From assembly GCA_963780305.1 (NCBI GenBank), contig CAWABN010000016.1, forward strand, positions 15,585-79,584: DNA of 64,000 nucleotides, given 5' to 3'. The translations under genes and the position numbers were made by a program. The notes beneath the pieces were generated by a model. The model did not search any database. It was given only the letters and a program-made list of their open reading frames with translations, and was not told where the DNA came from. The stretch is from an uncultured Solirubrobacterales bacterium. Its GTDB lineage: Bacteria; Actinomycetota; Thermoleophilia; Solirubrobacterales; 70-9. Within the stretch, counting starts at the first letter, position 1; each line of letters opens with the position of its first letter. Shown here piece after piece: positions 39,693 to 48,816 of the stretch.

Positions 39693-40318
39693 CCCCCCGG
39701 TGGACCGCCGACGACCGCGAGCTGATGAAGGCCGACAAGGTGCTCCGGCGCCTGATGGAAGAGGGGGGGCCGATCGACCCGAAGATGGACCGGCGCGGCA
39801 GCCGCCCCAACCCCTACGAGGCGCTCGCCCGAGCGATCGTCGGTCAGCAGCTCTCGACCAAGGCGGCCGCCTCGATCTGGAGCAAGCTGATCGCGCTGTT
39901 TGATGATCAGACCCCGGAGCCGGAGGCTTTGCTGCGCCGCAGGCCCGCCACCCTGCGCAAGGCCGGGCTTTCCAACGCGAAGGTGGAGTTCCTGCGCGAC
40001 CTCGCCCGCCGCGTCGAAGACGGCCGCCTCGACTTGAAGCGCTTGAGCAAGCTCTCCGACGAGGACATCACCGCCGAGCTCCTCGAGGTCAAGGGGATCG
40101 GTCGCTGGACCGCCGAGATGTTCCTGATCTTTCACCTGGGGCGCCCGGACGTCGCCGCGGTCGGGGACCTAGGCATCCGGCGGGCGGTGCAGATCGCCTA
40201 CGGGATGGACGAGCTTCCGGGTCCCGAGGACCTCGATCGGATCGCGGAGAAATGGCGCCCGCACCGGACGCTCGCCTCCCTGTACCTATGGCGGTCGCTC
40301 GCCAACACCCCCGGATAG
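39689..40318 (+). CDS. DNA-3-methyladenine glycosylase II family (HhH-GPD)
   Basis: GTGA overlap with the upstream stop. PYEALARAIVGQQLS, VKGIGRWTAEMFLIF and D.G.. motifs. Confidence 0.85.
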   Translation: MTPRWTADDRELMKADKVLRRLMEEGGPIDPKMDRRGSRPNPYEALARAIVGQQLSTKAAASIWSKLIALFDDQTPEPEALLRRRPATLRKAGLSNAKVEFLRDLARRVEDGRLDLKRLSKLSDEDITAELLEVKGIGRWTAEMFLIFHLGRPDVAAVGDLGIRRAVQIAYGMDELPGPEDLDRIAEKWRPHRTLASLYLWRSLANTPG

Positions 40319-40346
40319 GCTCGTCGCCGTGGCCGCGCCAGAACAA

Positions 40347-40416
40347 ACGGGTCGCTCCTCCGACATCAAACGGGTTGCTCCTTCGGAGCACCCTCCCAAT
40401 CGGAGCGCCCTCGCAT
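40347..40416. repeat. Intergenic hairpin repeat, copy B (nested hairpins; partner at 24072-24123)
   Basis: The outer arms GGGTCGCTCC (40349-58) and GGAGCGCCC (40402-10) are identical to the copy A arms. The inner hairpin GGGTTGCTCC-TTC-GGAGCACCC (40372-93) carries a compensatory T-A in place of C-G. Both copies end in CCCTCGCAT. Confidence 0.5.
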
Positions 40417-41434
40417 ATCGATCGCCGCGATCGGCGACACGACCGAGGACCTGGCCGAGCAGGCGCAGATCGCCGAGGCGGCGGGGATCGACTGCATCTG
40501 GACCCCGGAGCTCTTCCGCAGCTCGGTCACCCAGGCGACCTGGCTGGCGGCGCAGACCGAGCGGGTCGGGATCGGCACCGGGATCGCCTGGGCCTTCACC
40601 CGCAGCGCCTTCATCCTCGCCGTCACCGCCCTCGACATCGACGAGATCTCGGGCGGGCGCTTCCGGCTCGGCCTCGGCGCCGGGGTGAAGCGGCTGAACG
40701 AGACCTGGCACGCGGTCGACTACGGGAAGCCGGCGCCGCACCTGCGTGAGACGATCGAGGCGACCCGCCTGATCATGGAGAGGGCCTCGAGCGGCGAGCC
40801 GATTCGCTTCGAAGGCGAGTACCAGGACATCGAGATCAGGGGCTGGGTCCGGCCGCACAAGGCAGTGCGCGAGCGTGTCCCGATCTACGCCGCGGCGATG
40901 CAGGAGGGGATGTGCCGGATGGCGGGCGACGTCGCCGACGGCCTGATCGGCCACCCGATGTGCCCGCCGCGCTGGCTCGACGAGGTGATGATCCCGAGCT
41001 TCGAGAAGGGCATGGCGCGCTCGGGCAGGCAGCGCTCCGAACTCGACTTCGTTCCGACGGTGTGCTGCGCGATCGACGAAGACGAGGCTCGGGCGCTCGA
41101 TGCGGCGCGGCGGACGATCGCCTTCTACGCGACCGTGCGCACCTACAAGCCTCTGTGGGAGATGCACGGCTTCGGCAAGGCCGCCGCGGCGGCCGGCGCC
41201 GCCTTTCGCAGGGGCGACCTGGCGGCGGTCCCCGAGCAGATTCCGGACGAGATGGTCGAGGTCTACACGGCCGCCGGGCCGCTCGACAAGGTGAGGGCGC
41301 GGGTCGCCGAGGCGGCGGAGCGCGGCGATGGCGTCTGGCTCACCCCCGCCACCTACTTCATCCCGCCCGAGCAGATCGGCGAGTACCAGCGGAAGATCGT
41401 CGAGGCCTTCGGGCCGGCAAGCGTGCGGAGCTAG
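40415..41434 (+). CDS. Luciferase-like monooxygenase (LLM) family oxidoreductase, possibly F420-dependent. The start codon is not identifiable.
   Basis: The frame reads ISIAAIGDTTEDLAEQAQIAEAAGIDCIWTPELF..GRFRLGLGAG.. back to about 40415 with no ATG/GTG/TTG before 40685. The remainder is intact to 41434. Confidence 0.8.
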   Translation: MSIAAIGDTTEDLAEQAQIAEAAGIDCIWTPELFRSSVTQATWLAAQTERVGIGTGIAWAFTRSAFILAVTALDIDEISGGRFRLGLGAGVKRLNETWHAVDYGKPAPHLRETIEATRLIMERASSGEPIRFEGEYQDIEIRGWVRPHKAVRERVPIYAAAMQEGMCRMAGDVADGLIGHPMCPPRWLDEVMIPSFEKGMARSGRQRSELDFVPTVCCAIDEDEARALDAARRTIAFYATVRTYKPLWEMHGFGKAAAAAGAAFRRGDLAAVPEQIPDEMVEVYTAAGPLDKVRARVAEAAERGDGVWLTPATYFIPPEQIGEYQRKIVEAFGPASVRS

Positions 41435-42096
41435 ACGCCGAGCCGCTCGGCGAGGCGCTCGATCCCGGCCGAGCCTCGGATCGCCGGGCCGTGCCCGGAG
41501 AGGGTGATCTCGGGGCGGAGCTCGGCCAGCTTGCGAACCGAGCGGCAAGCCTCGTCGAGATCGGCGTTTAGGTCCCGCGGCATCAGATCGAGCCGCGCGC
41601 GCGTGGTCACGAAGCTCATGTTGCGAACGGTGTCCCCGCAGATCGCGACGCGATCCCCCTCGCGCCAATAGACGACCTCGCCGGGAGCGTGGCCCGGCGT
41701 GTGGACCACCCGGAAGTCCCCGACCTGGTCGCCTTCCCGGAGGACCCGATCCACCTTGTGCGGGGGCCCCTCCCACATCCGCGCGTAGAGCTTCGCGATC
41801 GGGTGGTCGGAAGCTCTCACCGGTTGGCGTCCCTCCATCGCGTCGACGTCGGCCTCGTGGCAGGCGAGCGGAAGCCCGCCCTCCTCGCAGACCGCGTGCG
41901 CCGATCCCTGATGGTCGGGATGGACGTGGGTGAGGGCGACCAGGGAGAGGTCACGGTCCGCGGTCTGCTTGAGGATGCGGCCCCGATCCCAAGTGCGGCC
42001 GGCGTCGATGAGAACGTCGCCGGCGAGGTAGACGTTGATCACCGGCCTCGGCGGGAACTCGGAGAGGCGCCAGACGGCCTCCGCGACCTGGTTCAT
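41431..42096 (-). CDS. MBL-fold metallo-hydrolase
   Basis: ATG at 42096. THVHPDHQG motif, ..VVHTPGHAPGE.., 221 aa. Confidence 0.85.
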   Translation of the reverse strand: MNQVAEAVWRLSEFPPRPVINVYLAGDVLIDAGRTWDRGRILKQTADRDLSLVALTHVHPDHQGSAHAVCEEGGLPLACHEADVDAMEGRQPVRASDHPIAKLYARMWEGPPHKVDRVLREGDQVGDFRVVHTPGHAPGEVVYWREGDRVAICGDTVRNMSFVTTRARLDLMPRDLNADLDEACRSVRKLAELRPEITLSGHGPAIRGSAGIERLAERLGV

Positions 42097-42121
42097 CGGG
42101 GCGACTCCATCCGATCCACGC

Positions 42122-42370
42122 TCAGTGCTCGGCTCCTGTGCCGCTGCGAGGCTCGCCGCTGTGCTGGGCGAGCTCCTCCAGCCGGGCGATCTGGCGCTCG
42201 CCCTCCACGCGGACGGGGTCACCCTCGGGGAGCGACTCGATCAGGCGCTCAACTCGATCCCGGATTTGGAGAGCGAAATGAGGGGTGGCGGGGCCGGCGA
42301 GGGCGCGGACGTCCTCGACCGTGACCGGTCGTCCCGGCGCCGGCCGGTCGGGGCGCTCCGCCTCGCTCAT
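42122..42370 (-). CDS. Hypothetical small protein
   Basis: 82-aa ATG ORF. The start overlaps (ATGA) the frame-corrected stop of the upstream gene. No domain recognised. Confidence 0.5.
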   Translation of the reverse strand: MSEAERPDRPAPGRPVTVEDVRALAGPATPHFALQIRDRVERLIESLPEGDPVRVEGERQIARLEELAQHSGEPRSGTGAEH

Positions 42371-43703
42371 TTCGCGCCCTTCTTCGCGCCGGGTGCGGGA
42401 ATCTCGGGCTCATTGTCGGCGGGGGAGGGGCGACGCCGGTGCCGCCACCGATCGGCGCCAGCTCGGCGAGCTCGTCGATCTCCGCCTGCACACGCGCCCC
42501 GATCTGGGAGGCGTCGCCGATCAGCCAGATGTGGTTGTACACCGCACGAGTTGGGTCTTCTTCGTATCCGGGCTTGATGTCGAGGAGGAAGCTTCTCAGG
42601 TCGGCGGGAAGTGCATCAGCGGTGTCGGTGACCAACAGGGGGCCCCACTTGCCGCTGGCGGAGAGCGTCGCAGCCGCGGCGGCATCGAGCGGCCGCGCGC
42701 TGTTGGCGAGCACAAGGCCGTGCCCCGGGTCGTTGATGTTCCAGCCAAACGTGGAGTCGGTGTAGCGGGCGAAGGCGACCGCGTTGGCGACCGGGTTCTG
42801 CTCGCCGACCCGCTGGATGCCGGGGGAGACCCGCTCCATCTCTCGCACCGCCTCGTCGGAGATCACCGACTCCGGGCCGAGCACGTAAACGGGGACTCCG
42901 CGGTGGCGGCGGAGGGCGTCGATGGTCGACCCGGGCACCTCCTTGGCGCCGCTGAAAAGCACCGTGTCTCCGGAGCGCGCCGCCCAGGCCGCGGCGGGCA
43001 TCGCGTAGGGGGACTTCTCCGAGCTGGCGACGACGATGTGCGCGGGCTCGCCGCCCAGCAGGCGCCCGCGCAGCTTGTCGATCGAGTCGGCAACCTCGGC
43101 CGGCGAGGATCCCTCCAGCTCCTCGGACTGCAGATCCGAGGGAGCTGCCGCGCCGCCGACCCGGTAGACGGCGACGTCGGCCGGGCCGGAACCGCCTCGT
43201 GGCCGCAGCTGGGCGAGGGCCTGCCCAGTCGCTTCGGGGACGCCGCCGCGATCCCCGATCAGCAGCGGCGCACGCAGCGGCGGGCCCGCCAGCACCGCCG
43301 CCGCGACGCCGGCCTGCCAGTCGCCGTCGGCAACAAGCACCGCGGCCTCGATCGGCCGGGCGTCCGGAGCCGGGGGGTGGGTGGCGAGCGCGGTGGCGGC
43401 GGCGTCGGCGATCGCGTCGGGGCCACCGACGCGGGTGGTGTTGCGGGTCGCGACCAGCGGGAAGCCCAGCGTCCCCACCGGCGCCTCCTGGGGATCGTCG
43501 GAGGCGACCGCGACCGTCACCACCCGCGTCTCGCCCTCCGTCTCGTCGCCGCCCGAGAGGATCACGACCAAGGCGACGACCACGATCGCCGCGGCCACCA
43601 TCCCACCGCCGATCAGCACCCGCCGGTCCAGCCAGGCGGGCAGGTCATCGCGCAGCCAGTCGATCGCGCTCTTGAGGAAGTCGGGCAGGCGCACGACCCG
43701 CAA
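42367..43703 (-). CDS. Membrane-anchored exported protein with three putative cell-wall-binding-type repeats (one frameshift near 42421-42430)
   Basis: N-terminal TM helix (IGGGMVAAAIVVVALVVIL) and three similar modules (..GGPDAIADAAATALA.., ..SPAEVADSIDKL.., ..NPVANAVAFARY..). The C-terminus ..ADNEPEIPAPGAKKGAK-stop is reached after a shift in the G/C runs. Confidence 0.5.
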
Positions 43704-43788
43704 CGCTATCCGTCGCGCGCAGGGAGCCCTGGTCGGCAGTCGGGTGGTAGGTAGCAGGTTCCACTTGCGACGGATCGGGTAGACTGGC

Positions 43789-43802
43789 TGACTGACCAGT
43801 CA
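43789..43802. promoter_or_regulatory. Palindromic operator candidate upstream of the acyl-CoA dehydrogenase gene
   Basis: TGACTG-AC-CAGTCA sits just downstream of a TAGACT -10-like hexamer (43780-85) and 40 nt before the GTG. With flanks, GCTGACTGACCAGTCAATCGG compares with GTTGACTCGCCAGTCAATTGG at 37891. Confidence 0.4.
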
Positions 43803-43841
43803 ATCGGTAGCCAAATCGAGAGCGGCCCCAAGGAGGCGTCA

Positions 43842-45149
43842 GTGGATTTCGCGCTGAACGAGGAGCAGAGGGAGTTCAAGGACTACTGCCGCAGGTTCGC
43901 CGCCGAGGTCGTGCGGCCGGCCGCGCCCAAGCACGACGCCGAAGAGTCGGTGCCGTGGGAGGTGATCAAGGAGGCCCGCAGGTGGGGCCTGCACGGGCTC
44001 GATCACATTCAGCGCCTGGGCTCGGACCCGGACGGCCAGCTCTCGGTGATCTACGCCGAGGAGCTGCATTGGGGCTGCGCCGGGATCGCCCTCGCGATCT
44101 CGGCCTCCTCGCTGGCAGCCGCCGGGCTCGCCGCCTCGGGCACCCCCGAGCAGATCGCCGAGTGGGTGCCGCAGTGCTTCGGCACCGATGACGAGATCAA
44201 GCTCGGCGCCTACGCGGTCACCGAGCCGCAGGCGGGCTCCGACGTGAAGAGCCTCCGCACCACCGCAGATCTCGACGGCGACGAGTGGGTGCTCAACGGG
44301 ACCAAGGTCTTCATCTCCAACGGCGGGATCGCCGACGTCCACGTGGTCGTCGCCACCGTCGATCCCGATCTCGGCCATCGCGGCCAGGCGTCCTTCGTCA
44401 TCCCCAAGGGCACGCCCGGCCTCCGCCAGGGCAAGAAGGAGACGAAGATCGGCATCCGCGCCTCCCACACCGCCGAGGTGATCCTCGAGGACTGCCGGAT
44501 CCCGGCCGAGTACCTGCTCGGGGGCATGGACAAGCTCAACAAGAAGCTCGAGCGCGCCCGCTCCGGCCAGACGAGCGGCGCCTCCAACGCGCTCGCCACC
44601 TTCGAGATGACCCGCCCGATCGTTGGCGCCTCGGCGATCGGCATCGCCCAGGCGGCCTATGAGTGGACGCTCTCCTACCTCGCCGGCAAGAAGGTCGAGG
44701 AGGACACCCCAGCGCTCGAGGCCCAGCGGATCCAGCAGGTGCTCGCCGATGTCGCCACCGAGATCGAGGCGGCGCGGCTGCTCGTCCAGCGGGCCTCCTG
44801 GATGGGGCGAAACGGGATCCCGATGACCGGTGGCCAGGGCTCGATGTCGAAGCTGAAGGCCGGCGACGTCACCATGTGGGCGACGACCACCCTGATGGAC
44901 CTGGTCGGGCCCGATGCTCAGTCCACCGACTGCCCACTGGATAAGTGGTTCCGGGACGCGAAGATCTACCAGTTGTTCGAGGGAACCGCCCAGGTCCAGC
45001 GCCTGGTTATCTCCCGGATGCAGGCGCGCGAATACCAGGAGCGGCTGGCGGCCTCGGCCGAGATCGCCAACGACGCCGTCGCGGCGACCAATCGCGCCTC
45101 GGGCAACGGCGCTTCCGCCGAGGGCAAGCCCGCCCCGGCGGCGGCATAG
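43842..45149 (+). CDS. Acyl-CoA dehydrogenase
   Basis: GTG follows AAGGAGG. 435 aa, intact. ..AYAVTEPQAGSD.., ..GTKVFISNGG.., ..YQLFEGTAQVQRLVISR. Confidence 0.9.
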   Translation: MDFALNEEQREFKDYCRRFAAEVVRPAAPKHDAEESVPWEVIKEARRWGLHGLDHIQRLGSDPDGQLSVIYAEELHWGCAGIALAISASSLAAAGLAASGTPEQIAEWVPQCFGTDDEIKLGAYAVTEPQAGSDVKSLRTTADLDGDEWVLNGTKVFISNGGIADVHVVVATVDPDLGHRGQASFVIPKGTPGLRQGKKETKIGIRASHTAEVILEDCRIPAEYLLGGMDKLNKKLERARSGQTSGASNALATFEMTRPIVGASAIGIAQAAYEWTLSYLAGKKVEEDTPALEAQRIQQVLADVATEIEAARLLVQRASWMGRNGIPMTGGQGSMSKLKAGDVTMWATTTLMDLVGPDAQSTDCPLDKWFRDAKIYQLFEGTAQVQRLVISRMQAREYQERLAASAEIANDAVAATNRASGNGASAEGKPAPAAA

Positions 45150-45217
45150 CGCCCGGCCGGTCCGGCTGCTGCAATCAAAGTTACGTTGGCGCGGTCGTGC
45201 GCGGGCAAGCTTGAATC

Positions 45218-46351
45218 ATGCTGAGCGGTCTCCGACTCCCCCTCGCCCTGGCCAGCTTCGCTCTGGCGGTGCTGGCCGGCGCGCTCTCGGCAACCACCGC
45301 GCCTGGGCAGGACCTCCAGGAGCAGCTCAACAAGACCGAGGAGAAGCTTTCCCACGTAGACGCCCACGAGGGAGTCCTCACCACCGAGATCTCGCACGAG
45401 TCGGCACAGCTCTCGCGACTCCAGGGCGAGGTCGCCGACCTTCGCAATCGCGAGGCCGTGGCGGCCGCGGAGCTGGCCGCGAAACAGGCGGAGCTGTCAG
45501 CGGCCCAGAGTCGTCTCGAATCCCTGAGGGCGCGCCTGCAAAGCGCAATCAGGATCCTCGAGGCGAGGCTGGTTGCGCTCTACAAGTCCAGCGACCCCGA
45601 CGTGCTCACCGTGTTGCTCTCCTCGCACGGGTTCGACGACCTGCTCGAGCGGACCGAGTACTTCCAGCGCATCGACGACCAGGACAACGAGATCGTCTCT
45701 CGGGTCCGCGACTTCCGCAACCAGATGCAGGAGACCGTGAACACGGTGAAGGCGGCCCGCAATGCGATCGCCGAGCGCAAGGCCGAGCTGGAACGGACGC
45801 GGGCGAAGCTCGAGCGCCGTACCGGCGAACTGGCGGCGGCCAGAAGGCAGCATCGGGCCACCCTGGCCAAGGTCCGCGACCAGAAGCAGACGCTTGAAGG
45901 GGACCTCTCGAAAATCTCGGCGAAGATCCAGGAGCAGCTGGCTCAGCTCGGCGGGGGAGTCCTTCCGGCCGGGCCGATCAGGGCGGGGTCCGGCGAGCTG
46001 ATCTGGCCGGTCGACGGACCGATCACCTCGGGGTTCGGGCCGCGCTGGGGCAGCTTCCACGAGGGCATCGACATCTCCGCCCCCACCGGTACCCCGATTC
46101 GCGCCGCGAAGTCTGGGACGGTTGTGCTTGCCGCCTATACCGGCGGCTACGGTAACTACACCTGCATCAGCCACGGCGGGGGTCTCTCCACCTGCTATGG
46201 ACACCAGTCGAGCTTCGCGCGCACCAGCGGCTCGATCAGCCAGGGCTCGATACTCGGCTACGTCGGCAGCACCGGGCACAGCACCGGGCCGCACCTGCAC
46301 TTCGAGGTCCGGGTCAACGGGCAGGCTGTCGATCCGCTCGGCTATCTGTAG
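45218..46351 (+). CDS. M23 family metallopeptidase with an N-terminal coiled coil (EnvC-like)
   Basis: Signal peptide, about 230 aa of heptad-rich coiled coil, then HEGIDI, ..GYGNYTCISHGGGLSTCYGH.. and GSTGHSTGPHLHFEV. Confidence 0.9.
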   Translation: MLSGLRLPLALASFALAVLAGALSATTAPGQDLQEQLNKTEEKLSHVDAHEGVLTTEISHESAQLSRLQGEVADLRNREAVAAAELAAKQAELSAAQSRLESLRARLQSAIRILEARLVALYKSSDPDVLTVLLSSHGFDDLLERTEYFQRIDDQDNEIVSRVRDFRNQMQETVNTVKAARNAIAERKAELERTRAKLERRTGELAAARRQHRATLAKVRDQKQTLEGDLSKISAKIQEQLAQLGGGVLPAGPIRAGSGELIWPVDGPITSGFGPRWGSFHEGIDISAPTGTPIRAAKSGTVVLAAYTGGYGNYTCISHGGGLSTCYGHQSSFARTSGSISQGSILGYVGSTGHSTGPHLHFEVRVNGQAVDPLGYL

Positions 46352-46434
46352 CCATTCCTCAAAATCGACTTGAGACGAACATCTGTCCGATCGGAACGGC
46401 TTCGGTTTCCCGATTCGTGCAAGGCTCCGACTAG

Positions 46435-47232
46435 ATGTCTGTGAGTTGGCGCGCAAGGAAGCGTGCCGCGCGGGAGGGGGATGCTCACGCGGCCGCCAAG
46501 ACAAGAGATACCTACCTCGCTGGGGTTGGCACCAGCGGTGCTCTCGTAGCGGGCGCGGCGATCGTCCTCATCATCTCGGTGGGGACGGCGTCATTCGACG
46601 TCTGGCCCGGTGGCGGCGACAACGGCGGATCCTCGTCGGGAGTGGTGGACCTCGCGCCGGCTGGGCCTGGGGGCGAGGTCGCCCAGGCGGCCACTGGCCC
46701 CACCCGCTCCAACGCTCCCTCCGGCTCTGCCACGTCGCCGTCTGGGGGCGCGGGCACTCCCGCCCAAGGGAACGAGAAGAACGGAACGGCACCCGGGACG
46801 CTGCCGGGAGGAGTCACCACCCAGCCGACGCCTGGGAATGGAGGCGGAAGCGATGGGGGGACCGGTGAGGGTGACGGTGGGACTGGGCGCGGCGGCGCGC
46901 CGGAAGGAGGCGGGGGCGATGCCGGCAGACAGGCGCCAAGTCCGACCGACGACGCCACGGAGAAGGTCAGGGGCCAACGTGCGGACGAGCGGGAGGCGAG
47001 TAGGCAGGCGCGCGAGGCACAGAGAGAGGCTTTGCGGAAGCAGAAAGACAGCGGGAACGCTGGCGCGAGCAAGGAGGATGCCACGGAGCCGGTGGCGGCC
47101 GACCCGGGCCGGAGCCGCGGGCGCGGCAACGGTCCCGGTGGCTCCGGGCGCGCCAAGGGTTCCAGCGGGTCCGGAAGCCATGGGTACGGCGGCTCCGGGC
47201 GCGGTCAGGGCCGCTCCGGGCATGACGACTAG
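46435..47232 (+). CDS. Gly/Ser/Pro-rich single-pass membrane protein (paralogue 1)
   Basis: 265 aa. N-terminus ..TRDTYLAGVGTSGALVAGAAIVLIISVGTASFDVWPGGG, then low complexity and a charged C-terminus. Confidence 0.6.
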   Translation: MSVSWRARKRAAREGDAHAAAKTRDTYLAGVGTSGALVAGAAIVLIISVGTASFDVWPGGGDNGGSSSGVVDLAPAGPGGEVAQAATGPTRSNAPSGSATSPSGGAGTPAQGNEKNGTAPGTLPGGVTTQPTPGNGGGSDGGTGEGDGGTGRGGAPEGGGGDAGRQAPSPTDDATEKVRGQRADEREASRQAREAQREALRKQKDSGNAGASKEDATEPVAADPGRSRGRGNGPGGSGRAKGSSGSGSHGYGGSGRGQGRSGHDD

Positions 47233-47376
47233 GACCTGACGACCGGCACCCCCTGCGATTTTGGGTATGGACCGGCGGCATGCCGGTCGATACCGTCGCT
47301 AACCGCTTGGAGACCTGATTCGATCGCGGTTTCGCGGGTACTAGGAAGGGATCCGGGCTGGGAGGCCCGACCGACG

Positions 47377-47955
47377 GTGTTCCGGAACCGAGCAAGGACA
47401 GCTGAGACTTACATTGCCGGCTTGGGCGCGAGCGGAGGCCTGATGGCCGGGGCTCTCGTCGCTTTCCTGCTGGTGATCGGCATCGTCATCTTCGATGCAT
47501 GGCCGAAGGCCGTAGGCGGTCTTTTCGGCACCGACACCGCCGATGTCGTCGACGAGGCGGCCAGCACCTCAGGCGCCGCCGGCGCGGGAGACGCGCCCGC
47601 CAAGGGGGCCTTGTCGTCCAAGGCGAAGGGCGGCGGCGGCAACAGCGGACAGGGCGCGAGCTCGGAGAAGGGCGGCGGAGAGGCCGGCGGCGGTGGGCTC
47701 GGCGGCGGCGCTCCCACACAGAACACCACCTCCGGCGGGGGCGCTGGAAGCGGCGGCGGTGGAGGAGGAGGAGGAGGGGGCGGCGGCTCCTCTAGTTCGT
47801 CCGGCGGCTCGAGCAGCCTCGGTCAGGGCGTCCAGAACGTGACCACCGACGTGGGCAACACGGTCAACAACGTCACCGGCACCGATCTCGGCAACACGGT
47901 CAGCGGGCTCGGCGACAGCCTCAACCAGACCCTGGACGGCCTCGGCGCGCCTTAG
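47377..47955 (+). CDS. Gly-rich single-pass membrane protein (paralogue 2)
   Basis: 192 aa. N-terminus ..TAETYIAGLGASGGLMAGALVAFLLVIGIVIFDAWPKAVGG aligns with paralogue 1. A poly-Gly run is followed by LGQGVQNVTTDVGNTVNNVTGTDLGNTVSGLGDSLNQTLDGLG. Confidence 0.6.
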   Translation: MFRNRARTAETYIAGLGASGGLMAGALVAFLLVIGIVIFDAWPKAVGGLFGTDTADVVDEAASTSGAAGAGDAPAKGALSSKAKGGGGNSGQGASSEKGGGEAGGGGLGGGAPTQNTTSGGGAGSGGGGGGGGGGGGSSSSSGGSSSLGQGVQNVTTDVGNTVNNVTGTDLGNTVSGLGDSLNQTLDGLGAP

Positions 47956-48721
47956 CGGCGGCCAGCTCGCGCTCCAGCCAGCTCAGCGCCACCGCCTGTA
48001 GCTCGGGATCGTGCTGGAGCGATCGGTGGTCGCCGCCCGGAACCACGATCAGCTTGCGGGGCTCGCCCGCATGCGCGTAGAGCTCCTCGGACCAGTCGCT
48101 GGGGATCTGATCGTCCCCCTCGGCGTGGAGGAGGATCAGCGGCCGCCCTGCGAGACCTTCGACGGCCTTCCTCAGGTCCTGCCCCGCCAGCCATGCCTCC
48201 AGAGCGAGGGGGTCGCCGACCCGCATCTCGAGCTCGCCTCGCCTGACGCCGCGACTCAGGTGCTCCTCACCCGCCGGGCAGATCGCGATCACCCCGGCGA
48301 TCTCCGGCGCCACCGCCGCCGCGTGGATCGCGAGGAACCCACCCATGCTCGAGCCGCGGACGGCGATCCGGCGAGGATCGACGCCCTCGTGCGCGGCGAG
48401 CAGCTGGACCATTCGGACGACGTCGTCGATCGCCCCCGAGGACATCTGGCCGTCTGAGGCGCCGTGTCCATGGGCGTCAAAACCCAGCGCCGCCCAGCCG
48501 TTGCCCGCGGCCAGTCTGGCGAAGTCAGCGTGGTTCTCCTTCCGCGACCCGGCGCCGTGCGGGATCACGATCCCGGGCCATGGCGGCTGGGGCAGCCGGC
48601 GGGACGGAGCGCCGCGCTCGGCCTCGCCGGCCCCGCCCATGCGGTCGGGAAGCCAGACCGCGTAGGCAAGGCCGTTGTCGCTGTCCTCGCGGTCGGGCGG
48701 TCGGGGCGGCGGGCGCTCCAT
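47921..48721 (-). CDS. Alpha/beta hydrolase (dienelactone hydrolase / S9 peptidase-like)
   Basis: ATG at 48721. HGAGSRKE.., nucleophile elbow GSSMGG and ..GGDHRS. It overlaps the convergent gene by 35 nt. Confidence 0.8.
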   Translation of the reverse strand: MERPPPRPPDREDSDNGLAYAVWLPDRMGGAGEAERGAPSRRLPQPPWPGIVIPHGAGSRKENHADFARLAAGNGWAALGFDAHGHGASDGQMSSGAIDDVVRMVQLLAAHEGVDPRRIAVRGSSMGGFLAIHAAAVAPEIAGVIAICPAGEEHLSRGVRRGELEMRVGDPLALEAWLAGQDLRKAVEGLAGRPLILLHAEGDDQIPSDWSEELYAHAGEPRKLIVVPGGDHRSLQHDPELQAVALSWLERELAAAKARRGRPGSG

Positions 48722-48816
48722 CCACCGGATTCTGCCGCCCCGGTGTGGTGTCGCGAACTCAGTTCTGCCCCGGTTCGCCCGCCCTAGGGGTGACTTGCCG
48801 TCAGAATTGGCGCCGG

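Noticed and set aside
24072-40416. The idea that the two hairpin-repeat copies are attL/attR of a 16-kb island that begins at tRNA-Thr.
   Set aside because: The interval holds core genes (plsC, gpsA, rhomboid, ECF sigma factors, hbd, thiolase) of native composition. It has no integrase or other mobility genes, and the repeat is not part of the tRNA.
47734-47817. A GGN/GGA codon run, considered as a CRISPR-like or other non-coding repeat.
   Set aside because: It is in frame inside a Gly-rich ORF and has no spacer/repeat periodicity. It is only a coding microsatellite.
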